This document shows positions 30,681 through 40,276 of a stretch of 64,000 nt of DNA, in pieces. The stretch spans positions 1,568,001 to 1,632,000 of the forward strand of contig OZ247587.1 in the NCBI GenBank assembly GCA_965233865.1. Direction: 5' to 3'. The notes beneath the pieces were generated by a model that made no database searches, was not told the DNA's origin, and was given only the letters and a program-made list of their open reading frames with translations. Position 1 is the first letter of the stretch. Each line of letters opens with the position of its first letter. The position numbers were made by a program, and so were the translations under genes. This stretch comes from Candidatus Neptunichlamydia sp. (GTDB lineage Bacteria; Chlamydiota; Chlamydiia; Chlamydiales; Simkaniaceae).

Positions 30681-32382
30681 TCTGTTAGAGCCTCGTTATC
30701 CCAACCTTTCTTTCCTTCTGAGGTTTCAAAAGATTGAGCCATCTTCAAATAGAGAAGAATCTGTGAAGATAAAAAACCTTGAGAAGCTCGATAGTGTGTA
30801 CATCTATGGATTGGGTGATGGGAGTTCTTATCTTCTCTTAAAAACGTGGCTTGTAGAAAATAAAGAAAGAGATCTGATTTTTTTAGAAGAAAACCTCGGG
30901 ACGGTTGCGGCCTTTCTTGAAACAGAATATGCCGGTGAAATTCTTGCCAATCCTCAGGTTCATATCCGCTTTAACTTGGATAAACGGCGCCTCACCCCCT
31001 TCCTCAAGGAGTGCGCTGAATCATTCCCCCTTGAAAACATTGGGGTATTTGCCCTTCCCTCGTACAAAACTTCCCGTTTCTATCGCCTGCGCCTCATGCT
31101 TCACCGCTTAACCACCATTCAGCATGCTCTGTATTTAGAAAATCACTATTACAACCTCTTTTTCAAAAATCTTCATCCAAATTTTTATCGGATGGAAACG
31201 GCCTTTGATGGAAATGCTTTAAAGGGAGAGTTTCAAGGAACTCCCGCCATCATCTGCGGCGCCGGCCCCTCCCTTGAAAATGATTTAAAAATCCTGAGAG
31301 AACTCGATCACCAAGCGCTTATTATTGCGGGAGGATCAGCGATCACAGCCCTGAGTAATCACGGTGTGCGTCCCCATTTTGGAATCGCTCTCGATCCAAA
31401 TTTTGAAGAAGTGAAACGTTTTAAAGAAGCCTCTGCATTCGAACTACCCTTACTTTATGCCTCGCGCCTCCATCCTGACATTTTCCAGACTTGCAATGGT
31501 CCTCACGGCTATCTCCATACGCAAACAGGAGGGGCTGCAGAGCGGTGGCTTGAAGAGAAACTTAAGCTTGATGTGGCCCCTTTACAAGAAGGGTTTTCAA
31601 TCGAAGCTCTATCGGTTACAACGACTGCAATCGAACTTGCCACAACTCTTGGGTGCAATCCCATTATTCTTGTTGGTGTGGATCTCGCTTTCACCGAGGG
31701 GAAAACTTATACCTCTGGAGTGGGTGCGTCTACCAAAGCTTTTCTTAAAGAGAGAAAAAAAGAGGTGCGCACTGCCGAGCGCCTTCTGAAACGAAAAGAT
31801 ATTTATGGGAAACCAACCTATACCCTTGTCAAGTGGGTCATGGAATCTTCAGCAATTTCTACCTTTGCGAAAAAGAATCCCGATACCGCTTTTATCAATG
31901 CTTCTTCTGGAGGATTGGGATTCAAAGGCATACCCAATCGCAGTCTCAAACAGATCGTGATGCCTACACCTCAAGATCTCTATAGCAAAGTCCACCATGC
32001 GATCCAGTCCAGCCCCCTTCCTGTTCCTCAAGGAGCTGTGACTTCTCACCTTGAATCTCTAAAGAAAAGCCTGAAGGAAGCGAAGGCCTATGCAAGGATT
32101 GCCTTAGATGAGCTACATAAAACTCAAGGAACCTCCCAAGACCCAGAAACTGGCCGCCTAATCTTTGCACAGATAGAGCTTGAAACACTCGATGCCTACA
32201 CCTGTTTTTTGCAAGATCCTGACCGAACCTTCCTCCCTGTACTTGAGAGGAAATATCGCCCATCCGTTTGGAATCAAGTCGATCCTCAGCTCAAATGGCA
32301 TTACCTTCACTCTAAGTGGGACGCATACCTCTCTCTTATTGAGTTTTATATTGATCAATTAAATCAAGCAGGGCACTGGTAA
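30667..32382 (+). CDS. Maf-like (DUF115/MptE-like) putative glycosyltransferase 2
   Basis: AIICGAGPSL, LIIAGGSA, ALDP, LGCNPIILVGVDL, FINAS. Confidence 0.85.
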   Translation: MVQTDLLEPRYPNLSFLLRFQKIEPSSNREESVKIKNLEKLDSVYIYGLGDGSSYLLLKTWLVENKERDLIFLEENLGTVAAFLETEYAGEILANPQVHIRFNLDKRRLTPFLKECAESFPLENIGVFALPSYKTSRFYRLRLMLHRLTTIQHALYLENHYYNLFFKNLHPNFYRMETAFDGNALKGEFQGTPAIICGAGPSLENDLKILRELDHQALIIAGGSAITALSNHGVRPHFGIALDPNFEEVKRFKEASAFELPLLYASRLHPDIFQTCNGPHGYLHTQTGGAAERWLEEKLKLDVAPLQEGFSIEALSVTTTAIELATTLGCNPIILVGVDLAFTEGKTYTSGVGASTKAFLKERKKEVRTAERLLKRKDIYGKPTYTLVKWVMESSAISTFAKKNPDTAFINASSGGLGFKGIPNRSLKQIVMPTPQDLYSKVHHAIQSSPLPVPQGAVTSHLESLKKSLKEAKAYARIALDELHKTQGTSQDPETGRLIFAQIELETLDAYTCFLQDPDRTFLPVLERKYRPSVWNQVDPQLKWHYLHSKWDAYLSLIEFYIDQLNQAGHW

Positions 32383-32447
32383 CGTTGAGGACTTATCCGA
32401 GTGAGTAGTTAGATTGCGGGGCGCCAGTTGACTACAATGTCCTTCTC
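32372..32447 (+). repeat. Dispersed repeat copy C (two distant parts of copy A joined)
   Basis: GGCACTGGTAACGTTG followed by GAGTGAGTAGTTAGATT..GCGCCAGTTGA..CCTTCTC. Confidence 0.65.
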
Positions 32448-32640
32448 GAATGAGTATCCGCAGAAAATTGATAGATATTTTCGGTGTTCAGTATCTTTTT
32501 TCTAAGTTGGCAAAAGACCCTGTGATTTGGGGTGGTGTCTCTAAGGTTAAAACCCATTAAACAATTCGAGCAGGGGTTTACAAAAAGGATGGTATCGGAT
32601 TTAGTGAAATTTAGGTGGTAACCTAAGAAAGGGTGATTGA

Positions 32641-33393
32641 ATGGATAAAGCAGTTTGGTTTTACATGGTGGGGGATGATAAGGAAGGGCCGATCTCCCAC
32701 AATGGTCTTCAGGATATGCTCAATAAGGGGAAAGTGAATTCTGCAACGCTGGTATGGAGTCAGTCTCAGGAAGATTGGCTCCAAATTTCTGAAGTAGAAC
32801 AGTTTAATATGACCACCTTGGATGAAACCCCAACGATTGAAATTCAAAAGAAGGGGTTTTATTCAAGAGAAACTGATCAGGACTATATCCGTTCTCGCCC
32901 TTGGGTTCGATTTTGGGCACGAATGATTGACTATTCTCTTTTTATCATTATCTTATCCATTTTTATTGGTTATTTCGATATTGGCTTAGGAGTTATCAGC
33001 TCTTATACCGGGATGCTTGCGGTTTTCTTGTGGATTTTTCTCGAAGCTTTTTTAATTGCAACAGTAGGAACCACTCCTGGTAAGTGGTTTCTTCGTGTGG
33101 TCATTCGCGATGAGAATCACCAAAAACTTTCGTTTTCAGGGAGCTTAAACCGCAGTTTTTCTGTTTGGTGGCTTGGAATGGGAGCAGGGCTTCCAATTGT
33201 CTCATTTATCACCATGATTGTAGCGGCTGTGAAGCTCAATAGCACTGGGATGACTTCCTGGGATCGGAGAAGTGACTTCCGTATTTTTCATGGAAAAATA
33301 GGGGTTGTTCGTACCCTTATTGTGATTCTTTTTTTCCTCTGCTATGCTTGGGTTGTTTCTTGGGGGCAATTGCAAATGATAAACCAACAATAA
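32641..33393 (+). CDS. GYF_2 + RDD domain membrane protein
   Basis: WFY....EGP, TLVW...DW; RFWARMID, TPGKW. Confidence 0.88.
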   Translation: MDKAVWFYMVGDDKEGPISHNGLQDMLNKGKVNSATLVWSQSQEDWLQISEVEQFNMTTLDETPTIEIQKKGFYSRETDQDYIRSRPWVRFWARMIDYSLFIIILSIFIGYFDIGLGVISSYTGMLAVFLWIFLEAFLIATVGTTPGKWFLRVVIRDENHQKLSFSGSLNRSFSVWWLGMGAGLPIVSFITMIVAAVKLNSTGMTSWDRRSDFRIFHGKIGVVRTLIVILFFLCYAWVVSWGQLQMINQQ

Positions 33394-33397
33394 TGAT

Positions 33398-34183
33398 ATG
33401 ACTTGCATTGAAAAAAAAGAAGTTTCCGAAGGACTCTATCTTTATCAAATTCAGGTTCTAGAAGATAATTATACCTATCTATTGACTTGGGATAAGAATG
33501 CCCTTGTTGTTGACCCCGGAGATGCAGGGCCTATTCTAAACCTTCTTGAACAAGAAAATCTTAAACTGATCAATATCTTGATTACGCATTATCACGATGA
33601 TCATACAGGGGGCATTGAAACTCTAATAAAAAAAACTGCATGCCATGTGATTGGTCCGGATGACGGCCGGATCCCAAAGCTTGAGCAGTCGGTGGATGAA
33701 GGGGAAGAACTGGTGTTTGGGCCCTTTACAATTAATGTTTTTTCTACTCCTGGTCATACAAAACCTCATATCGTCTATTTCTTTCATGAACTACGTTTGC
33801 TCTTCAGTGGAGATCTCATCTTTGCAGGAGGGTGTGGTAAACTATTTGAGGGAACACCCCAAGAGATGTGGAATTCTCTTGAGAAGATCTTAGCTCTTCC
33901 TGACGATACGATGATTTATTGTGGACATGAATATACAGTGAAGAATCTCGAGTTTGGAGTTTCTCTTGAATCTAATAATGAGAAGCTCCAAAAGCGCCTG
34001 GAAGAAGCAAAAAAGCAGCAAGATGAAGGAAATCCAACCGTTCCCTCAACCTTAGCTGAAGAAAAAGAAACCAATCCTTTTCTAAGGGTTAAAACAGAGG
34101 TATTTCAAAAAGCTCTTGGTATTACTGATACCGATCCAGCGTCTCTCTTTGCTCATATTAGGAAGCTCAAAGATGAACTTTAA
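33398..34183 (+). CDS. gloB: Hydroxyacylglutathione hydrolase (glyoxalase II)
   Basis: DNY, THYHDDHTGG, TPGHT, CGHEYT, ETNPFLR. Confidence 0.94.
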   Translation: MTCIEKKEVSEGLYLYQIQVLEDNYTYLLTWDKNALVVDPGDAGPILNLLEQENLKLINILITHYHDDHTGGIETLIKKTACHVIGPDDGRIPKLEQSVDEGEELVFGPFTINVFSTPGHTKPHIVYFFHELRLLFSGDLIFAGGCGKLFEGTPQEMWNSLEKILALPDDTMIYCGHEYTVKNLEFGVSLESNNEKLQKRLEEAKKQQDEGNPTVPSTLAEEKETNPFLRVKTEVFQKALGITDTDPASLFAHIRKLKDEL

Positions 34184-35460
34184 CTTAGCCTCACTCTGAC
34201 GACTTCATGTTGTGAACGGCAATAGGTTTCTCGAATCAAAAATAGGGAAATAAAGAAAGCGACCGCATAGAAAATGGGCATTAAAAATAATCCCTGTTGA
34301 TAATTAGCCACAGAGTAGGTGTACGATCCGTCAGGAGTTCCCCATTCAATGAAAAGGCTCACAATAGGTGGGATAATTGCTGCAGTGAGGGTGATTGCCG
34401 AATTGTTAAATCCGATAGAGGTAGCCTGAAGATTCTCCTGCACATTTTCGGAAATTGCTGCAAAAGCTGGGCTACAACCAGAGCTTGCAAGTCCAATACA
34501 GAAAAACAAGAAAGCAAGAACAAAAACTTCATTTGTAGGAAGATAGACAATTAGACTGCTGGCAACAATTCCAATGAGTGAGCTAAAAATTAAAGGCAGT
34601 TTTCGTCTTTTGATGCTATCTGAAATTTTTCCAGAAAGGGGAGCTCCTAGAGCATAACCAATCCATAACATAGAAGAAAGGGAAGCTGAGACTGTTCTAC
34701 TGAGCCCCTTGGCTTGTAGATAGCTGGTTCCCCAATACGCACCAAGAAGAGGTAATGAGACATAAACAAATGCAGAAAAGAGGGCAATGAGCCAAGCTTG
34801 TTTGTTTTGCATTAGCGATTTCAATCTATCAATTAAAGGTGATGGATAAGGTTCTAGGTGGATGATTTCATCTTTCTTTCTCGATGGGGAGTTGCGAACA
34901 AATACTCCAATCATGGTCCCAAGAAGAAGCCCAAGTACTCCAATAACCATCAGGATTAATCGCCAGTCATTGTTGAAGAGAGAAAGGGTATAGGATAGTG
35001 GACCACCAGCTAAAAAAGGACCCATTGCTCCAAGAAAATTAGCAATCCCTACTATCAGAGCAAAGTGTCTTTTCGGAAACCAATTTAGAGATAAAACAAG
35101 AAGGCTAACATAAGCGCTTGAAGCCCCAAGTCCCATAAAAGCTCTGCTGATAAAGGCCGTTCCAAAGTGATGGGTTATAGCAAACCCAAAAACGCCTATC
35201 GCACATGAGAAAGCAGAGAGGGTTAAGAGGGTGCGTGCTCCAAACTTATCTACAAGAATCCCGATAGGGATTTGCATGAGTGCATAGGGAAGGAAATATG
35301 CGGCGGCGATGAGCGCATAACTAGAGGCATCAAGATGAAGGTCTAGCATGATTTGATTTGAAACAGTTGAGAGGAACATCTGAAGAAAAAATTCATATAG
35401 ATAGAAAAATGAGGCTAACATCCAGATAAAAAAGCCAATAAGAGAAAGCTTTTGCTTCAT
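34180..35460 (-). CDS. MFS transporter (Pht-like)
   Basis: About 12 TM segments; FYLYEFF, MQIPIGILVDKFG, SDSIKRRK. Confidence 0.88.
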   Translation of the reverse strand: MKQKLSLIGFFIWMLASFFYLYEFFLQMFLSTVSNQIMLDLHLDASSYALIAAAYFLPYALMQIPIGILVDKFGARTLLTLSAFSCAIGVFGFAITHHFGTAFISRAFMGLGASSAYVSLLVLSLNWFPKRHFALIVGIANFLGAMGPFLAGGPLSYTLSLFNNDWRLILMVIGVLGLLLGTMIGVFVRNSPSRKKDEIIHLEPYPSPLIDRLKSLMQNKQAWLIALFSAFVYVSLPLLGAYWGTSYLQAKGLSRTVSASLSSMLWIGYALGAPLSGKISDSIKRRKLPLIFSSLIGIVASSLIVYLPTNEVFVLAFLFFCIGLASSGCSPAFAAISENVQENLQATSIGFNNSAITLTAAIIPPIVSLFIEWGTPDGSYTYSVANYQQGLFLMPIFYAVAFFISLFLIRETYCRSQHEVVRVRLS

Positions 35461-36479
35461 TAGTTATCTACAATACTTGGCTCAATGGTAGGAGGCCCCA
35501 ACTTAATTTGTGGAGGAGGAGATTGTACTGCCAAGCAAATTTCGATAATTCCTTGTCCTTCATAAACTTGAGGGTGTGTTGTTATAGCGGAGATAATTCC
35601 CGACCGGGGGGTAAGGATGTCGATGCTTGCTGAGGTTCCAAAGGGGTCCGCGATGCTTGCAATGACTTGATCTTGCTGAACTGGTTGACCGATTTTTTTT
35701 CTCAAATGGAAAAGGCCACTTGTTGGGGCACGAATCCACAGACTTTCTGAAAAAGTCAGGACCTCAGTTTTTTTTGGCTCGCTTTTGAGTTGAATCATAT
35801 GTAATTGTTTCAAAACTTTAATAATCCCCTTCACACCGATCTTTGCTGAATAGTCATCGATTCGGTGGGCTTCTCCCCCCTCGTAAATTAAAGTAGGGCA
35901 TTTAGGGAGGCCACTTTCGGAGTAGAAAAATCCTGTTTTTTCTATGGAGGGGAGGACGATGGGTGCCCCGAAATTTTGAGCCATCTGAGTCGCTTCACGA
36001 TCATCAGGATGATAATGGACTTGGGGGAATTTGTAGATATGACTTTCCCCACACCGAATATTAATACAGTGTGTCATAAGATTGATTACTTCACTTGTGA
36101 AGAGGTGGGCGAGGCGGGAGGCAAATGAACCTTTTTCTGATCCAGGAAAACTGTTTGCTAAGTCGTGACCATCGGGAAGAAGTCGAGAATGGTTGATGAG
36201 TCCGTAAACATTCATGACAGGGACACAAATCAGTGTCCCGCGCAACTTCTTAAGAAGGCTTAAATTTAATAGGCGGTGAACGATATCAATCCCATTGGAC
36301 TCATCTCCATAAAGGGTTGCGCAAATAAGCATACGAGGGCCTGCTTGTTTTCCATGAATGATGTGCATAGGAATATGCATCGGAGCGCAGGAATAGATTT
36401 CTGGTGTGGGAAGAGCTAAAGTCAACTTTTCCCCAGGCTGAACCTCAATTCCACAGATTTGTAATGGATCATTCCTCAT
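35460..36479 (-). CDS. AstE/AspA (M14) family protein with degenerate active site
   Basis: Family-typical GP.....GDE.NG, VPVMNVYG, FPGS..GS.ASRLA, EGGE, C-terminal biotinyl-like domain. Confidence 0.82.
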   Translation of the reverse strand: MRNDPLQICGIEVQPGEKLTLALPTPEIYSCAPMHIPMHIIHGKQAGPRMLICATLYGDESNGIDIVHRLLNLSLLKKLRGTLICVPVMNVYGLINHSRLLPDGHDLANSFPGSEKGSFASRLAHLFTSEVINLMTHCINIRCGESHIYKFPQVHYHPDDREATQMAQNFGAPIVLPSIEKTGFFYSESGLPKCPTLIYEGGEAHRIDDYSAKIGVKGIIKVLKQLHMIQLKSEPKKTEVLTFSESLWIRAPTSGLFHLRKKIGQPVQQDQVIASIADPFGTSASIDILTPRSGIISAITTHPQVYEGQGIIEICLAVQSPPPQIKLGPPTIEPSIVDN

Positions 36480-36511
36480 AGGTTTAAACGTAACAACTTA
36501 GAAGGAATTAA

Positions 36512-37315
36512 TCAATGTTTAATGAAATTATTGTGTGCTTGGTGCCAGTTATATTGAACAGGGCGTTTATTGTCCTTGTCGTAGCGAACCTGAATTGAAA
36601 TGTAGGGGTAAGAATGGCTGTTATCAAAGTCTCTTCCTTCGGTTTCATGGTAGAGAGTGATGGCGACTTCTTTATTATACCACGAAGGGGTAGAAGCTAT
36701 ACTGAGGGTTTCGGAGCGTCTTAAAGATTCCTTATAATAGTCAAGAAGAGTATCGATCACAACCTGAGGGGCATGCTCGAGTCCTGCAACATAAAAATCC
36801 ACCTCAGCTCCGATAAGATGCTTTGAGGTGTGTCCAGTCTTAGAGGGATCGGCATAGAGGTTATGATTGGGGCATCTATGTCCACAAGTGACCACTACTT
36901 TCTTTCCTGTTGCCTCCTGAACATGATTAAGCAGACCGATAAGGATGGGATAAATAAATTCTTTTCCATTTTTGATTGGTAGGGTATGGGTTTCGATGCC
37001 CCCACAGTCGAGATGATAGACTAGATCTGTTTGTCGATGTATCTGAATGGGAGGGTTTAAGATAGCTCCCTGGCATCTGAAAAACTCTTTGGTAATCCTC
37101 AGATGGGACCCGATTTTTTTCCTCTCCCAAGGATAAGGAGTTCTTTTTTTTGGAGGGTGGGTGGTTTTGGGAAAGAGAATTTCATCAGACTGACGTTGAA
37201 TGGGTCGGAATGTAAGGTTGCGCTCGCGGATCTTTTTTCTTTCAGATTTTTCTAGCCCTGAACACCCTGCTAAAACACTCAAAATAAAGAGTAAAAGATA
37301 AATTATTCGCTTCAT
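36512..37315 (-). CDS. Chlamydial lipoprotein with peptidase M15A-like domain
   Basis: Lipobox LAGC; TCGHRCP.HN, SKH..GAEVDF. Confidence 0.75.
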   Translation of the reverse strand: MKRIIYLLLFILSVLAGCSGLEKSERKKIRERNLTFRPIQRQSDEILFPKTTHPPKKRTPYPWERKKIGSHLRITKEFFRCQGAILNPPIQIHRQTDLVYHLDCGGIETHTLPIKNGKEFIYPILIGLLNHVQEATGKKVVVTCGHRCPNHNLYADPSKTGHTSKHLIGAEVDFYVAGLEHAPQVVIDTLLDYYKESLRRSETLSIASTPSWYNKEVAITLYHETEGRDFDNSHSYPYISIQVRYDKDNKRPVQYNWHQAHNNFIKH

Positions 37316-37384
37316 ACCACCCCAATATATCAGGGTTTGCAAAAAAAAATCGAGCGGATTATTTGTAGAGAAAAGAAGGTTGGG

Positions 37385-38638
37385 ATGAAGAAAGTACTGA
37401 TTATCGAGAAACATCTCTCGTCTCGGGAGTTGCTTCTAGAGCTACTAAAGGGGAAGAAACTCCAGCTCTTTACTGTTGAAGACGGGATAGCTGCCTTGGA
37501 TCTACTCAAAAAACATTCTTTTGATCTTATTTTAAGTGATTTAAAAGGAATTAAGGCCTTAGATCGTTCTCAGAGGCGTCCTTTAAGTACTCCAATTGTC
37601 CATTTGAAATCTGGCGAAGACCCCTTATTAAAAAATATTGTGCATGTACTAGAAAAACCCTTGAATTCACAGGGAGTAAGTACTCTCCTTCTAAATCTTT
37701 TACAAAATCGATCAAAAAAAATGCATGTTGTTGCAGATAGTCCTGCAATGAAAACGATTCTTAGGCAAGTCGAACAAATTGCAAAGAGTCATTCTAATGT
37801 CTTTATCTGCGGGGAGTCAGGAACAGGAAAAGAAGTCATTGCGGGGCTGATTCATGAAGGGTCACGTCGCTCTGGCCACCCTTTCATTCGAGTGAACTGT
37901 GCGGCGCTTGCCGATACTCTAATCGAGTCTGAGTTTTTTGGTCATGAAAAAGGGGCCTTTACCGGGGCACTCCAAAAGAAAGCAGGACGTTTTGAGCGTG
38001 CCGATAAAGGAACGCTTCTCCTTGATGAAGTTTCTGAAATTCCGGCATCTCTTCAGGCAAAACTTCTTCGCATTGTGCAGGAGCAGGAGTTTGAACGGGT
38101 AGGAGGGACTGGGATTATTCATGTCGATGTTCGGCTTGTGTCCACTTCAAACCGTCTGATGAAAGAGGCCATAAAAAGTGGGGAATTTCGCGCAGATCTT
38201 TACTACCGTCTCAATGTGATTCCCATTTTTTTGCCACCTCTAAGAGAGAGAAAGGAAGATATTCTTCCTCTAGCACGCCATTTTGTGCAAGTGGTTTGTG
38301 CTCGGAATCAAATCACCGTGAAAACACTTTCTAAAAAAGCAGAGAAAAAACTCCTTGCATACTCTTGGCCAGGGAATATCCGTGAGCTGCGTAATTGCAT
38401 TGAGCATGGCGTTGTTATGGATTACTCTGAAACTCTTGAAGAAGAACACTTTTCGATAGAATCTGATCAATCAGCACCTGATGCTTTAGTCTCCCTAAAA
38501 GATCTTGAAAAAGACCACATATTAAGGGTGCTCGAAGCCCTTGGGGGGAATCGAACTCAGGCTGCAAAAGTTCTTGGAATCAGCGTGAGAACCCTCCGCA
38601 ACAAGCTGAGCACCTACAAATCTTCTTGTATAAGCTGA
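37385..38638 (+). CDS. Sigma54-dependent NtrC-family activator (CtcC/AtoC-like)
   Basis: GESGTGKE, ESEFFGHEKGAFTGA, WPGNIREL, C-terminal Fis HTH; atypical receiver domain. Confidence 0.92.
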   Translation: MKKVLIIEKHLSSRELLLELLKGKKLQLFTVEDGIAALDLLKKHSFDLILSDLKGIKALDRSQRRPLSTPIVHLKSGEDPLLKNIVHVLEKPLNSQGVSTLLLNLLQNRSKKMHVVADSPAMKTILRQVEQIAKSHSNVFICGESGTGKEVIAGLIHEGSRRSGHPFIRVNCAALADTLIESEFFGHEKGAFTGALQKKAGRFERADKGTLLLDEVSEIPASLQAKLLRIVQEQEFERVGGTGIIHVDVRLVSTSNRLMKEAIKSGEFRADLYYRLNVIPIFLPPLRERKEDILPLARHFVQVVCARNQITVKTLSKKAEKKLLAYSWPGNIRELRNCIEHGVVMDYSETLEEEHFSIESDQSAPDALVSLKDLEKDHILRVLEALGGNRTQAAKVLGISVRTLRNKLSTYKSSCIS

Positions 38639-38654
38639 AGCCTATCTTGTTCAA

Positions 38655-39320
38655 TTACTGGTAAAGAGACGTTAAAGAAGGGTAGTAACGCATCGAATCT
38701 TTAGGAATTTCATCCATTTGAGGATGGTTTGGCGAGCAGATAAGGACAGGGGTTATAGCAGCTCCTTTCAAGGCATTAATTCCCCTAAGTGCATCTTCAA
38801 ATCCTAACATATTGTTAGACTTTCCTAGGATCTTGATGGCTTTTAGATAAGCATCGGGTGAAGGCTTGGGATTTTCATAATCTTCTCGAGTAACCCAATA
38901 AGGAATGGTGTTCAATGCGGGGATTTTGTCTCGGATCATTTCAGTTTGTTTTCTGGTAGAGTTTGTCACAACGGCATGGGGAATTTTTGCCATCTGGACG
39001 GTTTCTAGTATTGTCTGGGCTCCAGGCATTAGATCCAAGCTTCCTGCTTCAAGAAGTTTTCCATACTCGCTTTTTTTCTGATCGTAAAGAACTTCCCACG
39101 ATTCCTTTGCTACGAGCGTTGGGGCATGTGTTGTAATCATTTTTCTCAGACCCTCAGAACTTTTATGAGCGACTGCTGCAAAATTGGTAAAGCTCCACGG
39201 AAAAGAAACACCGCGATGCTCAAACATTCTTTGATAGGCTTGAAAGTGGAGGTGCTCGGTGTTGACAAGGAGACCATCAAAATCAAAAAATATTGGGGAG
39301 TATTCTAAAATCCAACTCAT
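38655..39320 (-). CDS. HAD-family phosphatase
   Basis: FDFDGLLVNTE, VTNS, KPSPD, FEDA. Confidence 0.9.
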   Translation of the reverse strand: MSWILEYSPIFFDFDGLLVNTEHLHFQAYQRMFEHRGVSFPWSFTNFAAVAHKSSEGLRKMITTHAPTLVAKESWEVLYDQKKSEYGKLLEAGSLDLMPGAQTILETVQMAKIPHAVVTNSTRKQTEMIRDKIPALNTIPYWVTREDYENPKPSPDAYLKAIKILGKSNNMLGFEDALRGINALKGAAITPVLICSPNHPQMDEIPKDSMRYYPSLTSLYQ

Positions 39321-39341
39321 AAAAAACCAGTTTTACAAATT

Positions 39342-39425
39342 TGCCGATGACTGGACTCGAACCAGCACTGCATTGCTACAAGCAGATTTTGAATCTACCG
39401 TGTCTACCAATTCCACCACATCGGC
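39342..39425 (-). tRNA. tRNA-Leu(CAA)
   Basis: Reverse complement GCCGATGTGGTGGAATTGGTAGACAC..GTAGA-TT-CAA-AA-TCTGC..GGTTCGAGTCC..CATCGGCA. Confidence 0.95.
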
Positions 39426-39480
39426 GAAGCTACTGATTTTACACAGCTGTAGAATTAAATGTTAGTTTATTGTGAATGCT

Positions 39481-39539
39481 CCAGGCACTGGTAGCGTTGC
39501 GGGGATGAGAGCGATCTCAATAGTGTATGTTTTTCAAAA
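39481..39539 (+). repeat. Dispersed repeat copy B
   Basis: CCAGGCACTGGTAGCGTTGCGGGGATGAGAGCGATCTCAAT..ATGTTTTTCAAAA aligns to the reverse complement of 3373-3436. Confidence 0.75.
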
Positions 39540-39544
39540 GCAAT

Positions 39545-40276
39545 TTAATATTGCACCCTAGTTAGAAATAGTCCCTGAGGGGGGGCAGTCGGCCCTGCTT
39601 GCGTTCTGTCTTTGGATTCCAGTAAGTTAGAGATGTTAGAGACAGGGCGCTTACCGGAGGCCACTTGAAGAAGAGTTCCTACGATATTGCGAACCATTTT
39701 ATACAGAAAGCCGCTTCCCTCAAATTCGAGTCTAATCCCCCCTTCTTCAGGGAGCATTTTAAGGCTATAGAGGGTTTTTATGGGATTTGTTGAGTTGTAA
39801 CCAGCTCCTCGGAAGGTTGAAAAGTCATGGGTGCCCATAAGAAGAGGGAGAGCCTCTTGGAGGAGATCCAGGTCAAGAGGGACGTAGATAGGAGTTCTGT
39901 AGCGACCATAGAAGGGGCTTTGAACAAGATCAAGATGAAGGTAATAATGATAAATCTTTTTTTTAACACTGTAGCGGGCATGAAATTCTTCAGATACGGG
40001 ATCAATCTCTAGAATGCGGATATCTGAAGGAAGGAGGGAATTGAGGGAGTAGCGAAAGGGACTAAGTTCAAAGGGAACATCACATGAAAAATGCGCGATT
40101 TGCCCTCGTGCATGAACCCCTGCATCGGTCCTCCCTGATCCAATAATAGGGCAATCTGTTCTGAGGATAATTTTCAAAGCATTTTGAATGAGTTCCTGAA
40201 CAGTTTTTCGGTTTGGCTGGACTTGCCAGCCACCGTAATTTGTTCCATCATAGCTAATGGTCATTTTATACTTCAT
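39545..40276 (-). CDS. truA: tRNA pseudouridine synthase A
   Basis: YDGT.Y.GWQ, GRTDAGVHA, FLYKMVRNIVG. Confidence 0.97.
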   Translation of the reverse strand: MKYKMTISYDGTNYGGWQVQPNRKTVQELIQNALKIILRTDCPIIGSGRTDAGVHARGQIAHFSCDVPFELSPFRYSLNSLLPSDIRILEIDPVSEEFHARYSVKKKIYHYYLHLDLVQSPFYGRYRTPIYVPLDLDLLQEALPLLMGTHDFSTFRGAGYNSTNPIKTLYSLKMLPEEGGIRLEFEGSGFLYKMVRNIVGTLLQVASGKRPVSNISNLLESKDRTQAGPTAPPQGLFLTRVQY

